The translations under genes and the position numbers were made by a program. A stretch of 64,000 nt of DNA from Fimicolochytrium jonesii (Eukaryota): positions 310,001 to 374,000 of the forward strand of contig NW_026515689.1 in the NCBI RefSeq assembly GCF_025526975.1. The letters run 5' to 3'. Under the pieces are notes generated by a model that worked only from the letters and a program-made list of their open reading frames with translations, was not told the DNA's origin and ran no database searches. Below are positions 36,527-49,406 of the stretch, one piece after another. The stretch's first letter is position 1. Every line of letters begins with the position of its first letter.

Positions 36527-39500
36527 ATGGCGCGACCAGCAGGTCGGGGTGGAAAGGCGAGGGGCGGGCGTTCGAAACCCGGAGGACCACAGAGACCACC
36601 GTCCAACACTCGCGGCAAAGGTGTTGGGGCGAAGGTTCTTGGACGAGGCGACGCACTTCGGAAAACAAGGGACGGCGGTGTCAGCAAGGATGGGAAGAAA
36701 GGTCGAAACGATAACAAAAACGGCAAAAACGGCAAGGGAAGGTATCCCAAAGAGGATGGCGCGCCTTCCGCAGTCGCAAAACACGAAAGGCGGCCAAAGG
36801 AAGATCGAGGCAAGGGTAAAGCAAAAAAACTTGCCCGCGAGCAGGACTCCAAAGCCGACCGCAACGAGAAAGGGAAGGGATCCAAGAAGTTCGATAGAAA
36901 GAATGGGAAGAAGAAGAACGACGATGATAAGGAGGAGGAATCTGATTTCGAAACGGTTCCATTAGAAAAAGACACGGTAGACGACGATGACGTCTGGCAA
37001 AGTGGGTCCGACATTGCTTCGGACGATGAGAGCGGGGACGGATGGGAAGATGAAGATGAGGACGTTGAAGCGGAGACCCGCGCTCTGATGCGCCGAGCTT
37101 CGTCGAAGGCACATGACTCTCAAGTGGACGACGGCGGAGACTCGGATGCTTCCGAAGCATCTGAGCCTTCCGAGGCTGAGGCCGGTGAATCGGAGGATGA
37201 ATCGGAGGACGACGATGATAACGGAGACGACGAGGCAAAAGATATGGCAGAGAAAGTGAAGGCTGCGAACCGAAAAGGCAAGAAGTCTGGAGGTTTCCAA
37301 TCTATGGGTTTGAGTTACCCCGTCTACAAAGCAATAGGGCACAAGGGATACAAAGTGCCTACTCCTGTGCAAAGACGCGCGATTCCCGTCATCATGGAAG
37401 GTCGCGATGTAGTCGCTATGGCACGGACAGGTTCCGGAAAAACCGCCGCGTTTATTATCCCCCTGCTGGAAAAGCTGAAGTCGCACTCTGCGAAAGTTGG
37501 CGCCCGTGGTCTGATTCTGTCGCCATCTCGAGAATTGGCCCTGCAAACTCTGAAGTTTGTGAAGGACCTCGGAAAGCACACGGATCTACGCTCCTGCGTT
37601 CTCGTTGGAGGTGACAACATGGACGATCAGTTCTCTGCAATTGCAAGCAACCCCGACATCTTGATCGCAACCCCTGGACGTCTTATGCACTTGATCATAG
37701 AGATGAACCTCGACCTGAAGACCATCGAGTATATTGTCTTCGATGAGGCCGATCGCTTGTTCGAGATGGGTTTCGCTGAGCAGCTGAGAGAAATCTTGTT
37801 CAGGCTTCCGGAGGCGCGACAGACGTTACTGTTCTCTGCAACGCTGCCGAAACTCCTTGTCGACTTTGCGAAAGCCGGTTTGACCGACCCAGCACTTATC
37901 CGCTTAGACGTCGATACGAAAATCAGCAAGGACCTGCAGATGTACTTCTTGTCAGTCAAACAGGAAGACAAAGAGGCCGCTCTGCTGTCACTCTTCCGCA
38001 CGACCATCTCGAAAGAGGATGAGATGACTGTTATTTTCGTCGCGACAAAACACCACGTGGAGTATATGCAAGAGCTTCTGACCGCAGCCGGTGTTCCAAA
38101 TACGTACATTTACGGTGCCCTCGATCAGGCCGCCCGTAAAATCCATCTTGCCAGGTTCAGAGCAGGAAAAGTGAAGACGTTAATTGTGACGGATGTTGCC
38201 GCTCGTGGTATCGACGTCCCGCTTTTGGACAACGTCATCAACTACGATTTCCCGGCGTCCAACAAAGTTTTCGTCCACCGAGTCGGTCGTGCTGCTCGTG
38301 CGGGTCGTAGCGGAAAAGCGTACTCGCTGGTTGCGTCGGACGAAGTGCCGTTCTTGTTTGATTTGCAGCTGTTCACAGGACGACCGTTAGTATTTGCTAC
38401 CTCGTATACGAAAGCGGATGCCGGTGGTGTGTCCGTCGTACGCGAGCCCGACTATACTTCCGAATTCGTCTACGGGCTCATGCCGCCGTCTACTCTGGCG
38501 TTGGAGATCGAAACGGTGGTCTCCACCGTCAAGGGCAACGTGAATCTTGAGAATCTGCAACAGGGGGTCAAGAACGCTTACAAGATGTACCACAAGTCGA
38601 GACCACTGGCCTCCAAAGACTCGTATGCAAAGGCCAAGGAGATTTCGGACGTTCATCTAGGGATACACCCACTACTGGCCGCGACGACGAATGCGGCGGA
38701 GCACGCTCAAGCGGAGATGATTGCCTCCATCTCTCGCTTCAGGCCATCGGAAACGGTGTTTGAAACAACGAAAAAGGGCTTGAAGACACCGGAAGCTCTT
38801 CTGATGCAGAAGCGCCGTGGACAGTTTGGAAACAGCGTAACTGCTTGGAGGGCGCAACGTGAGGAGAAGGACGCCAAGCTTGCCAAGCACCAAAGTGAAG
38901 TTATTGGGAAGGGAACCTTGGAGGCGGCCGACGAGGCGGATTTGGAGGTATGTGGTATGCTTGGTATTCTTTTGCAGAGGTTTACGGCGTTAATGACATT
39001 GTGGCGCTATGCAGAGCGGTTTCGAAACGCTGGAAAGCCGTAAACGAAAGCGACCAACCTCCTTCCGTGACGAAAATTACATCTCGTACACGCAAGCCGA
39101 CGCAGATACCGAACGTGGGTACGCGGTGCAGACAGGAGAGGGTCCCGCAGCATCCTTCATGGAGCGAGCCAAGGCTGCTACGTTGGAGCTCACGGCTGAG
39201 GATGGTGATGGTCTCCGGAAACCGGCTCGTGGCGCTTTGGTCTGGGACAAGACCAAGCACGACTTTGTCAGACCTACCATTGGATCAGACAATAAGAAGA
39301 AGATGAGGACGGAGAGTGGAGCTGTGGTGAACGCTTCTTTCAAATCAAGAAGGTACGTTTTGAGATTGTGTCGCAAAAGTACGTTTGGTAGATTTCTCAC
39401 TCCGAGGTTTCCCTTAGATTCGAGGACTGGCAGAAGCGCACGAAAGTATCACTTCCCAAAGCAGGCGACCAGGAACTCGCAGACAGTACCTACCGGCACA

Positions 39501-39859
39501 CATCCGGCGGTACATCCACTGGCGTCCGTCGCTACCGCCACAACAAAATCACCGCTCCAGACGCCACCTCTAAGAACTTCGCCCGAAAGCAAATGCGGGC
39601 TGAGCGAGAAGCCCGTATCAATGGCACACCTGCGAAGGCTGGACCAGAGGGTGGCAAACCTCCAAAGGGATCCAAGGCCTCTGGCGGACAGCCTGCTAAG
39701 TCGGAATTGAAGACTGTGCAGCAGATCGCCAAGGAAAGGAAGGAGAAGGAGAAGAGACGAGAGAAGACTGGGCGCCATGGCAAGGGCGGTGGGCGCGGCG
39801 GCAGGGGTGGTGGCCGAGGTGGTGGCCGAGATGGTGGCCGCGGGACGGGAAGAAGATAG
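36527..39859 (+). CDS. DBP10: ATP-dependent DEAD-box RNA helicase DBP10/DDX54
   Basis: Motifs KKSGGFQSMGLS, MARTGSGKT, DEAD, SAT and HRVGRAAR. DBP10CT region (WDKTKHDFV...KMRTESG) and KSELKTVQQIAKER. Confidence 0.95.
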
Positions 39860-40573
39860 ATTGGCATCCATATGTAGAAGTATTCAACGGATGGGCATAC
39901 TCAGTCGTATCTAGAGTTTGCTTACGGCCATTGTATAGTGATCGCTCGACCATTAGTTTTTGTAATTTATATGCATTTTCATTATACTTCATTTTGCGAC
40001 GGGGGTTCCAAGCTATTGCCGCAGACTGCTTCGACGCCATTCTGATCGCATTGAGTCTCCTTCCCATTGCCTGACCTACGCAGCAGCATTGCCGGCCCCG
40101 CATCGCACGGAGACAACCCAATCGACCTCCCCCTCAAATAGCCCAGCGCCCATTGCCAAACCACAACATCCGACGTTGCATGTCTGGCATACATCTCTAC
40201 GCCTACGACCATACAGATCATTAGCTTCTCCATGCCACCATCCAACACACCTGCGTGTCGCTGATGACGTCCTGGAATCACCAGCGCATCCCGTCGTCCG
40301 TACGCAAGAACCACGAATCATAGCGCACACCCAGGCTTGCGGTGTATACGCGCAACCTCCATGTTGCGACGTCATCGGAAGTCTCCGTAGCTGCAGCAAA
40401 CGGGGTGCAACGCCGACAAGGGGGACTGTTGTTATTTAGTGCCTTCGCTCGCAGCTCTGAGTCGCATGTTCGCAGCTGAATGGGACGTGGTGTCTCAGCA
40501 ACGTCCGTCCGGCACGTGTGCATATACCTCTTCATGCAAGAGTCGGATACGTTTACATCTCCCCGGGCAATCC

Positions 40574-41137
40574 TCACCCTGGCCCATCCGTCAGCAATTT
40601 CTGCTCCTCCTCCTCCAGCAAACTCTGATGAAACGTAAACCAAGCCGGCAACGACCTCGGCAGCGTCACAAGGTCCATATCAAACAGCTCAATAAACTGC
40701 TCGTTCCCATACCGCCCTTGCCCGCCCGTATAGCTCCGATACTCAACAATGATGGTGTTGAAATTCCACCCCTGCAGTTTGCGCAGACAGCCTATCAGCG
40801 TTCCCGTGTCGTGCAGCCCCGTCAGGCACGTCACCAAGACCGGGTGATTCTCACTGTTCAGCAGCGTTTCTAGGCCTTCCTTTATCATCTCCTCGCTTAC
40901 GGGACGCCAGCTGCGGTTTGGTCGCCATGTTTGGTGGCCTAGTGGGACTGTCTTGATACCTCTATCGTCGCAGAAGGTCTGGATGGAGGAGGGGATGGGT
41001 TCCGGGGACAGCGTGAGAAGGGTTTTGAGGCCGAGGGTGCGGAGGTAAGGGAAGTGGGCGGGGTGGATGGGGGCGGAGCGGTAGATGCCGCGTTCGACTT
41101 GGCCGAAGTTTTCTGAGGGCGTGAGGAGGAGGGCCAT
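40574..41137 (-). CDS. SIW14/OCA-family phosphatase-like protein (probable pseudophosphatase)
   Basis: Motifs ENFGQVERGIYRS, NHPVLVTCLTGLHDTGTLIGCLRKLQGW and NEQFIELFD. The CX5R arginine is replaced by Asp. Confidence 0.88.
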   Translation of the reverse strand: MALLLTPSENFGQVERGIYRSAPIHPAHFPYLRTLGLKTLLTLSPEPIPSSIQTFCDDRGIKTVPLGHQTWRPNRSWRPVSEEMIKEGLETLLNSENHPVLVTCLTGLHDTGTLIGCLRKLQGWNFNTIIVEYRSYTGGQGRYGNEQFIELFDMDLVTLPRSLPAWFTFHQSLLEEEEQKLLTDGPG

Positions 41138-41392
41138 TGGTGGGTTTCTTGTTGGTCGATCGAGGGGAGAGCTAAGATTGCAGGAGCACGGCGTCTGGGC
41201 AAGGAATGTGGGGATAGTGAAGTCTGTGAAGTCGGTAAGAGCGGTAAGATTGTCAGACTTGCAAGCTGGCGTCCGCCGCGCAGTGACAAGTTATCCTTCC
41301 GGTCAAACTCCAAACCGAGTTTTAGCTCCAAGCGGAGCCAAGCGGTGGTACTGTACATACTTCATAGACTAGTTTGACATAACCTACACAAA

Positions 41393-42228
41393 ATGGGAGC
41401 AGGCAAAGACGTCGCTGCCGGGGACTCGGCCGGTGTTCACAGAGTCCTCTTTGTGTGTTTAGGTACGGCACTGGTCCATTTCTTTTTTCGCTGCCGGTCC
41501 ATTTCCATGTACTGACCTGCGGCATTTCAAGGAAATATCTGCCGGTCGCCCATGGCGGAAGGTAAGACAGCACACCCGAAAAAGACAGTAGCCGCATCAC
41601 TTGTCTGAACGTATCCGATAGCCGTATTTGCTCATATCACGAAGGAGCGAGGACTGAGCTCGCAGTTCAAAATCGATAGCGCAGGGACCGCCGGATACCA
41701 CGTATGTAGACTAGGGTTGGAGGTTCCATAACTGGCATATGGTCGTCAGCGGCGAGGCGTCAGAGGGTGGGCTGGACTGACCATGCCTTGCCTGTCCGCG
41801 TATCCGAGCCGCTAACGAGCAGAAACTCCAACATACGATAGGTCGGCGACTCCCCCGACACCCGGTCGATGGCAACATGCAGGAAGAACGGCGTCGACGT
41901 ATCGCACGTAGGGAGACAGGTATCGAAGTCAGATTTCACAGACTTTGATTGGGTGCTCTGCATGGATGAGTCGAACCTGAGGGATCTGCAGAGGATTCAA
42001 CCGAAGGGATCGAAAGCGAAGGGTAAGGATGTGTCTCATCGTAGATCTGAACTGTTACTCGTCATTGAACTTTGTCGTTCCATATCAGTGCAACTGTTCG
42101 GTGACTTTGACCCGGAGGGCGATCGCATTATTCGCGACCCCTACTACGGCGGACCGGAGGGCTTTGATAGGAATTTCGCCCAGGTTACTAGATGCTCCGA
42201 ACAATTTTTGAAGGAGCTTGGATTATGA
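41393..42228 (+). CDS. LTP1: Low molecular weight phosphotyrosine phosphatase
   Basis: Spliced VLFVCLG|NICRSPMAE, then IDSAGTAGYH, MDESN and DPYYG. Confidence 0.93.
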
Positions 42229-42471
42229 GCTCTCCAACGATGGGAGGCGGACCGGCTGGGACAGACATGTACTTGACCCATGCATTTTTTCAGCCAGGAC
42301 CTACAACGGCGATATTCTCTCGCTAATCCAGTCTAGACATATTTCAATTGAAGTTGCACTAGATAGAGTCGCCAAACATAAATAGAAAGTAGTACTATTT
42401 AACAATGGAAGAGAAATCGGCGGTACGTGTATATGTCTAGGTTATAGCGATCTGCTTCTTTTGGGCCCTGT

Positions 42472-45400
42472 CTACTGATTTCCTCGCGGGAACAAGCTCA
42501 TTTTCGGCTTGCTATCCGAGAAGAAGTAGTTGCAGATCTGCTCGACGACCCATGCGCCGAAGAAATCAAGTGCCATCGTGATGACGAGTTTTGTCCGGAA
42601 CTATGGGGAGGCGAACACGAAAATCAATATGGAAAGTCCTCATTGTGGTGCGAGCAAGGGCATTTGCAGCGGAATATACCTTATCAGGGAACGGCACCAG
42701 CTGCATCCACTCGTTCAGCTCATCGGAAACCTCAGTCGCGGCCGCAATCGCAATGCCTCCCACAATCATGAGACTGTTGTACAAAGCCTTGTTATTCCGG
42801 ATACTCTCACGGAAAGGTAGTCCTTGGTAGTTGATGGCAAACGTCGAGATCTGCATGATGAGCGAGACGAGGTAGACACCACTGTTCAGCAGGTTCGGCT
42901 GGAACTCAGCGTCGAGCTTGATTTCCTCGTCAAGATCGTCAGAGTAGTACGCGGCCTGTTGCTGGATGTACATCAGCGAAGCGACGTGACAGCTGACTTG
43001 GCCCAGCACGGAGATGATGACGTAGTGGTTGAACACGTTCGATTGGGGACGTTGGCGGGAAAGCTCCTCCAAAGCGGTCGACTTTGCGATACCGAAGAAG
43101 CAGGCAGTGATCATCATGCCCCCAATGGTGGCTTGCCAATCGCCTTGCTTGATGCCGGCTAGGTATAGGACGGACATGGAGAAGGCGGAAATGAGACAGT
43201 TCAGGGCGAGGATCTTGTACATTTGAACCATGGCGACCAGTGTGGCACGGCCTTGACGAACGATGTTGACGACGCTCATGACGGAGGAGATCTTGGACGT
43301 GAATGGAGCGGCGACGGAGGCATCGCCGAATTTGATCTTGGGGACATCGCCCTCTTGGTCGTCCATTGCTTCCATAGCGGCCTGGAAGAATAGGGGTCAA
43401 TGTCGAGCACTTGACGTGTGCGCATAGAACCAAACCGTGAACTCACCGACAAGGTATCCTGCAATCCTGGCGGTTTCTTGGGTTTGGTCGCGTTTGCTCC
43501 AGCGGCCGTGACGGACCCCGGTGACCCTGATGAGCCCGGCGCGCTAGGACCGTTTGTAACCTGTTGCTTTGACTGTCCAGGTTGGCCGTCCACTGGCGGC
43601 AACCCCCACTTCTCCCGCAGCTTGGCCTGCTGCTCCAAGATAGCCTTCTGTCGCATGGCTTTCATCTTGTTGTTCATCTTTTCGATGTCTTCGGCTTTGC
43701 CATCTAGCAGCGCGATACCAACGTGCGCTTGCTTCAGAGCCCCTACATCGTTGGTACCGTCTCCGCACATGAGGGTCGTGTAACCAGCCTGCTTGAGCTC
43801 GGTGAGAATCGTCTCCTTCTGGCCTGGGGAGACACGGGCGTACACCCACAACCGGGGCAAAAGCGATGCAAAGGCGGGAGATCCTAGAAGCTGCTCCAGG
43901 GCTTTGCCGGTACAGCAAAGATCGTACTCTTCCAGACGAGAGTCGAAAGCTGTCTGCTCCAATCGGGGCTCCAACTCGGTCTTCTCATCGATAGACCGCC
44001 ACGCAAGCTTGCCGTTCTCCCAAACGTCTGCAATAAGCACTTCATTCTTGACAATTTCGACTTGGTGGGCGACGTGACATGCTGTCAGGGCGTTGTCACC
44101 CGTGATCATCACGGTTCTATGGGAAGACTTGTTGAGCATCCTGACGGCCTTGACGGCGTCATCCTTCAGGGGACAGCCGAAGACCAGGAAACCGACAAAG
44201 TGGAGAGCACTTTCCGCTTGGTCACGGTGCAGATCGCGGGCAACCGATTCGACAGAGCCTTTCGGGTCGACGACTTTGTATCCGAGTGCTAAGACACGCT
44301 TTCCGCGCCTTGCCCACGTTTTGTAATGCTCGTCGTAGCCTTTGGGAACAGACACGAGCATATCTTTGATCGTTTCCGGTGCACCTTTAACTGCGACAAA
44401 GATCTTCTCTTTGCCATCTTCGTTACGGGCGGACAACGTGGACATGCGTTTCAGAGCGGATGAGAAGTGGAAACGTCGCAGGATCCGCAGGGAGTTTTTG
44501 CCCCCGATCCCCCCGATCCGGGCTTCCGCCTTCGGATGCAGGATGTCGCCCTTAGTCAGATCCCACTGAACGCTCTCAAGTGTGTTCTTCTCCATGGGAT
44601 CTCCAATGATCCCATCATCCAACATGACTAAAGCGTGCGCAGCTGCAAGGGTTTGGGTCGTCCTTTCGGGAAGCGCATTGGGCTTCAACAATTGGTCAAC
44701 GTTGTTAGGGTCCAGTCCCGTCACTCCCTCGACAATCAAATTCTCGGCGGTCAAAGTCCCGGTTTTATCGAAGCAAGCGACGTCAATTTTCCCTGCGAAT
44801 GGAATGCGGAAGGGCTCCGTGCAATAGATGTACGACTTTGCCAGTCCGATCAATGAGTTGTTGACGGCAAGCGACAGTTCCATAGGCAGTTCCGGAGGAA
44901 CCACGGCGGTAATGATGAGAATACAGTCCAATAGAACCTTGTTGCGGTTGCGCTCTTCGTTCTTCGTGCCTTCAATCCAAACGTACGCCGATGCGGCAAT
45001 GGCAAAGACAAGGAGAAAGACGATGAATAGTAAGGATTCGAGGTTGTTGGCGGTTATGCGCTCCGTACTGTAGATAATTGTCTGCACAAGCTTTCCCTGC
45101 TGCGTGGCAAAGCCAGTTCGTACGACATAAGCGAGAGCTCCGTTGTCAGGCGGGATTGGGATGCCCCCTTCTTCCTTTGCGCCCGTGACCTGGAGAACCT
45201 TTGTTCCTCCGTACAGCAAGTTGTTTTTGTCCTCCACGTGGTTGAAGATGTCATCACTTTCGCGGGAAGTGATCGGCTCTTTCAACTGCGGTGTAGACTC
45301 TCCAGACAACATGGCCTCATTGGCTATGCACGATCCATTGAGTAGAATCATATCAGCAGCCACGGGTGACTCATCCTTTTGCCGAACAATAGATACGATG

Positions 45401-46603
45401 TCTCCGGGTAGTAGGCGGTCTGTTTGAATGAGATGCCATCTCCCTGCCCGATACACATGGATGGGATATGGTTTGATGGACATGGAACGGAACTCCTGCA
45501 AGTTCCTCAAGCGCTGCGAAACGGATAGCTGTTAATATGAATGATAGACGGGTGAGATCCATTCCCGATATTCCTCTAACCTGGAGAACGACCGTCGATT
45601 CGAAGACAAACAACATTGCCAGAGTGAACAGCGAATAGTACCACATGTCGTCAAGGAACCATAAAGCCACACAAAAGAGCTGGAACACAAAGAAAGGTGC
45701 CATCATGTGCTCCTTGAACAACTCCTGGAACGTGGGAATCGGGATGTCGAATCTGAAGTTGATAGTTGTCAACAATCAGACGATTCGACGGCACTCTTCC
45801 ATACACGTCAAGCAGAAGAACATACTTATTGGCACCATATCTCTCATTGGCGGCTGCAATATCGACCTCCGACGGGAGACCGCGAAGCTTACTGAAATGC
45901 TCGATCGTACGCGGCTCATCGGTCGGGTAAGCCAGCTTCTCGAATAATCCAGTTTCATCGTTGTACACGAACTTGCGTTGTTGGAAAAAGAAGTATAACA
46001 ACTTCTTGTGTGTCTTCGGGTCCTCGACACGCTTGATGTCGCAAAGTGCTCCCGCGCCGTTATGAGCAGTTGGGATGATTTTGATGATCTCAGCGTTGTG
46101 AACAGAGGTGACCTAGATATAACGGGCAATCGAGGTATCTTTAGCGAATGATCATCCTTTGCAAGAGTCTATCGTTGCTGTTCTTCCGCGGATTGCCGGT
46201 GCCGGCGAAGATCTGTGGCGGACAATCGTCCATCCTAACTCACCTTTTTGCAGGTTAGACGTGCGGCGGCTTTCACGCTCCATTGGCAGACAAGGAAGGC
46301 CAAGGAGTGGATGGCGCCGACCAGGATAAACAGGAGCCTTCCGACCTCAGGACCGGAGAAGAAGCGCTCGTAGGCAATGAAGTAGACATAGAACCAGACG
46401 GCATACAGCGGCAGAATGGGAAAACCGTAAATATGCCACTCTTTAGGAGTCTTTACGTGAAGGGAGGACTCCGCCACAGTCTTCGAGGCTACCAAGTTCC
46501 TACAAGCAGGGTGTTAAAGAGGGATCGTGGGGTAGAAGGTGAGTGATCCGCTGGCTACTTACTGGAGCAGCTTCGTGCTGGGCTTAGCAACCGCTGCAGA
46601 CAT
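42472..46603 (-). CDS. SPF1: P5A-type ATPase (ER transmembrane helix dislocase)
   Basis: Motifs [53 protein letters not shown] and RQGRATLV. Confidence 0.95.
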
Positions 46604-47072
46604 TGTTCCAAAAGATAGACCCTCAAAACAGCAGAGTTCAGGAGGAGAGAACTGGTAGAATGCGATGGGCGCTGAGGCGGGTGATATGCGTTCAGGGTTT
46701 CGAAGCGGTGTTCGCTGGCTGGTGGAATGGCAAATGCTTCCTCCAAGTTCCAATTTGACAATTTGACGTGGCGGCCATCTCCGGCGCACGCAGCGGTTGT
46801 TACTAACCATCCTCACGCGCGTGCAATCCAACCTTCCAACAAACGGTCGGGATTGGCGTAAATAGTGGCGAAGAGAACAGTGACGTATGTACTCCAACCC
46901 GTTATAAAGCTGTGCCGTATGGTGTTTTCCCCTCGCCTCCTCCTGCTCTCCTGTCTGCGGCTTGCCTCTCGCTCCTCCATATCTTCCCCGCCGCTGCTTT
47001 CCCGAAAGGTCTGACTACTGTACAGTACAGTAGCCCATCCTGCACCTCGCTGCCAAAGCCGATATCTCCAAG

Positions 47073-49070
47073 ATGAACAAAGTTAGACAGTTGGGTACGT
47101 GCCTTGTCAGGTGCTGCTCTCGTACCACGCGTATTCTCCCATCTGAGTCCATCTTGAGAATGCTACTTTGGAAAGCGAGTAGATGAAGGACCCAATTCTC
47201 ACGTAGTTTCCCTGTAGACCTCAGTGAGACCAACATCGCCGGTTTGGGAACAGACGTAAGCCTTACTTGCGTCATACCAGTTAACCATCATCGTGGCGTT
47301 CATCTCACCGGGGGGAAGCGTACTGTATGTTGTATTGCAGCTCGAGAAGAAAGTTCGTCTTTCGGCCGCTGAGACGGAGAAGGCTTGGGAGGGCGTTGGG
47401 AAGAAGCCGTAAGCGTTGGAAAACTGGAAAGTCTTCACCTGGGCTAGCCCAGTGACATCGATGAAAATCACAGCGGGCTCCGAGTCTGGCGCATCGAGCA
47501 GTTCAAAGTGGTCGCGTGGCCCGAGGCTCAATATGGCAGCTTTCATACCGGGGACTCTTACATTGTGCTGAACGTAGGCTACCCGTCTTCATGAGGTTTC
47601 ATGTCAATGCATGCATGCTCATCCGATGGAGTTCAGACGTACAAGAAGCCCAATACCGACGCGTTGCTCTACGATGTTCACTTCTGGCTGGGTCTTGAGA
47701 CAACGCAGGTAAACATAGGATGCGATCATGCTCGTCAGGACGCGTGATTGATATAGCAATCTCGGTCTTAGGACGAAGCGGGGACTGCGGCTTACAAGAC
47801 TGTGGAGCTCGATGATTGTACGTTCATGATGGTTGACGTGGATCCTGGAACGTATTGTTTGGTGCTGACGGAAGGATATTCCCAGTTCTGAGGACCTCGG
47901 CTGTCCAGCATCGCGAGGTGACTTTAAGATGATTTCTTTAGGGCTTGTGGGTTGACACTTATGTGGCAAGCGACGATTTAGGTTCAAGGAGCCGAATCCA
48001 TGTTGTTCTTGTCGTACTTCAAGGTGCGTTTACACGGTCAACATGTCCAAGTCCGCTCCTCCATCCCCTTTTCTCATCCTCACACCCCATCCAACCACCC
48101 AGTTCTTCACAATCCTCGAAGGCGGCACCAACACCGGCTTCCGCCACGTCGAGCAAGAAAAACAGTTCACCCCCCGCCTCCTCCACATCTACACCCTCCC
48201 CTCGACCACCCCCTGCCTCCCCGGCAAGAAGCCCGCAAAGACGCTCATCGTCAAACAGGTGCCTGCGACCACAGCGAGCCTCAACTCGGGCGACGTGTTT
48301 GTGTTGGATGGCGGCAAGGAGATCTGGCAGTGGAATGGGGCCGAGTCGGCGGGAATGGAGAGGAATAAGGCGGCGGAGTATGTGAGGAAGTTGGATGATG
48401 AGAGGAAGGGGGCTAGTGTTACTGTCTTCGGTAGGCACAATGTGATGGCACCGCTTGTCGCGTCAACGCCCCTTCCTACTGACACGACTGGGCATTGCAG
48501 ACGAACGCGAAGCCGACACCGCCCGCTTCTACGCGAAATTGGGCGGCACATCGGGCCCGATCGCTTCAGCTGCCGAGGGAGCCGCGCGTCTAGCCAAGGC
48601 AACCTCCTTGACCGATCTGAACCATGAGAAGGCGCTGTTCCGCTTGTCCAACGCTGGTGGCGAGTTGAAGTTTAGCGAGGAGGCGAAGGGCAAAGTCAAG
48701 ATGACTTCGTTGGATGGGAATGATGTGTTTGTCTTTGATTGTGGAGTCGAAGGTACGAGTTTGCTGATCTCCCTCCATCACCACCTCAATGCCTGTAAAT
48801 GTGGAAGAACGCACGCCGTAACCGATTCCCGTATTACAGTCTTCGTATGGGTCGGAAAAGCCACTGACGCTGAAGAACGCAAGAAATCCTTGCAATACGC
48901 ACTGGTACACCACTTCGCAATGCTTCCATCCCTTAAAAGCACAGATGGCGCACTAACGTTTCAAATTACAGGAATACATCAAACAAAACGACCGTCCCCC
49001 GCAGGTGCCCGTCACGCGATTGTTGGAGGGTGCTGAGAACCAGATCTTCTTGGATGCTTTTGATCTCTGA
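47073..49070 (+). CDS. Gelsolin/severin/fragmin-type actin-severing protein (3 domains)
   Basis: Spliced ETNIAGLGTD, GLRVWRIEQFKV, GDSYIVL, DEAGTAAYKTVELD, LEGGTNTGF, SLNSGDVFVLD and VFVWVGK. Confidence 0.92.
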
Positions 49071-49406
49071 TTCTCGTGTGGTTAAAGAGTTGAGGAAGAG
49101 GGGACACACCTCGAACTAGCTGTAAGGACATTCATTGGACACTCGTTGAGTCAACAGGACGTTCATGACAGAGGAACAATACATCGTCAGCTTAACACTC
49201 GAGTGATCAAAAAGTGTCTGTGTTGCATAGAAGTCCAAAAAAGAAGAGCAAACTTATTTACATGAAGTAGCGCCATACGTCAGAACATGGTGGAGGAAGG
49301 TCCCCGAAATCCGAGCCAATATATACATGAGTCGTACGCTTGTACGCCGCCTAAGTCAATAATAGGTGTTGCAAAGCCTTTGCCGTCTCTCAAGCGGTGG
49401 TCCATG

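Noticed and set aside
39982..40570. Short overlapping ORFs between DBP10 and the OCA-like gene
   Set aside because: No domain or coherent exon chain is visible. They are probably convergent 3' UTRs.
41734..41787. Imperfect hairpin in the 140-nt LTP1 intron
   Set aside because: The stem is short and bulged, with no convincing snoRNA boxes.
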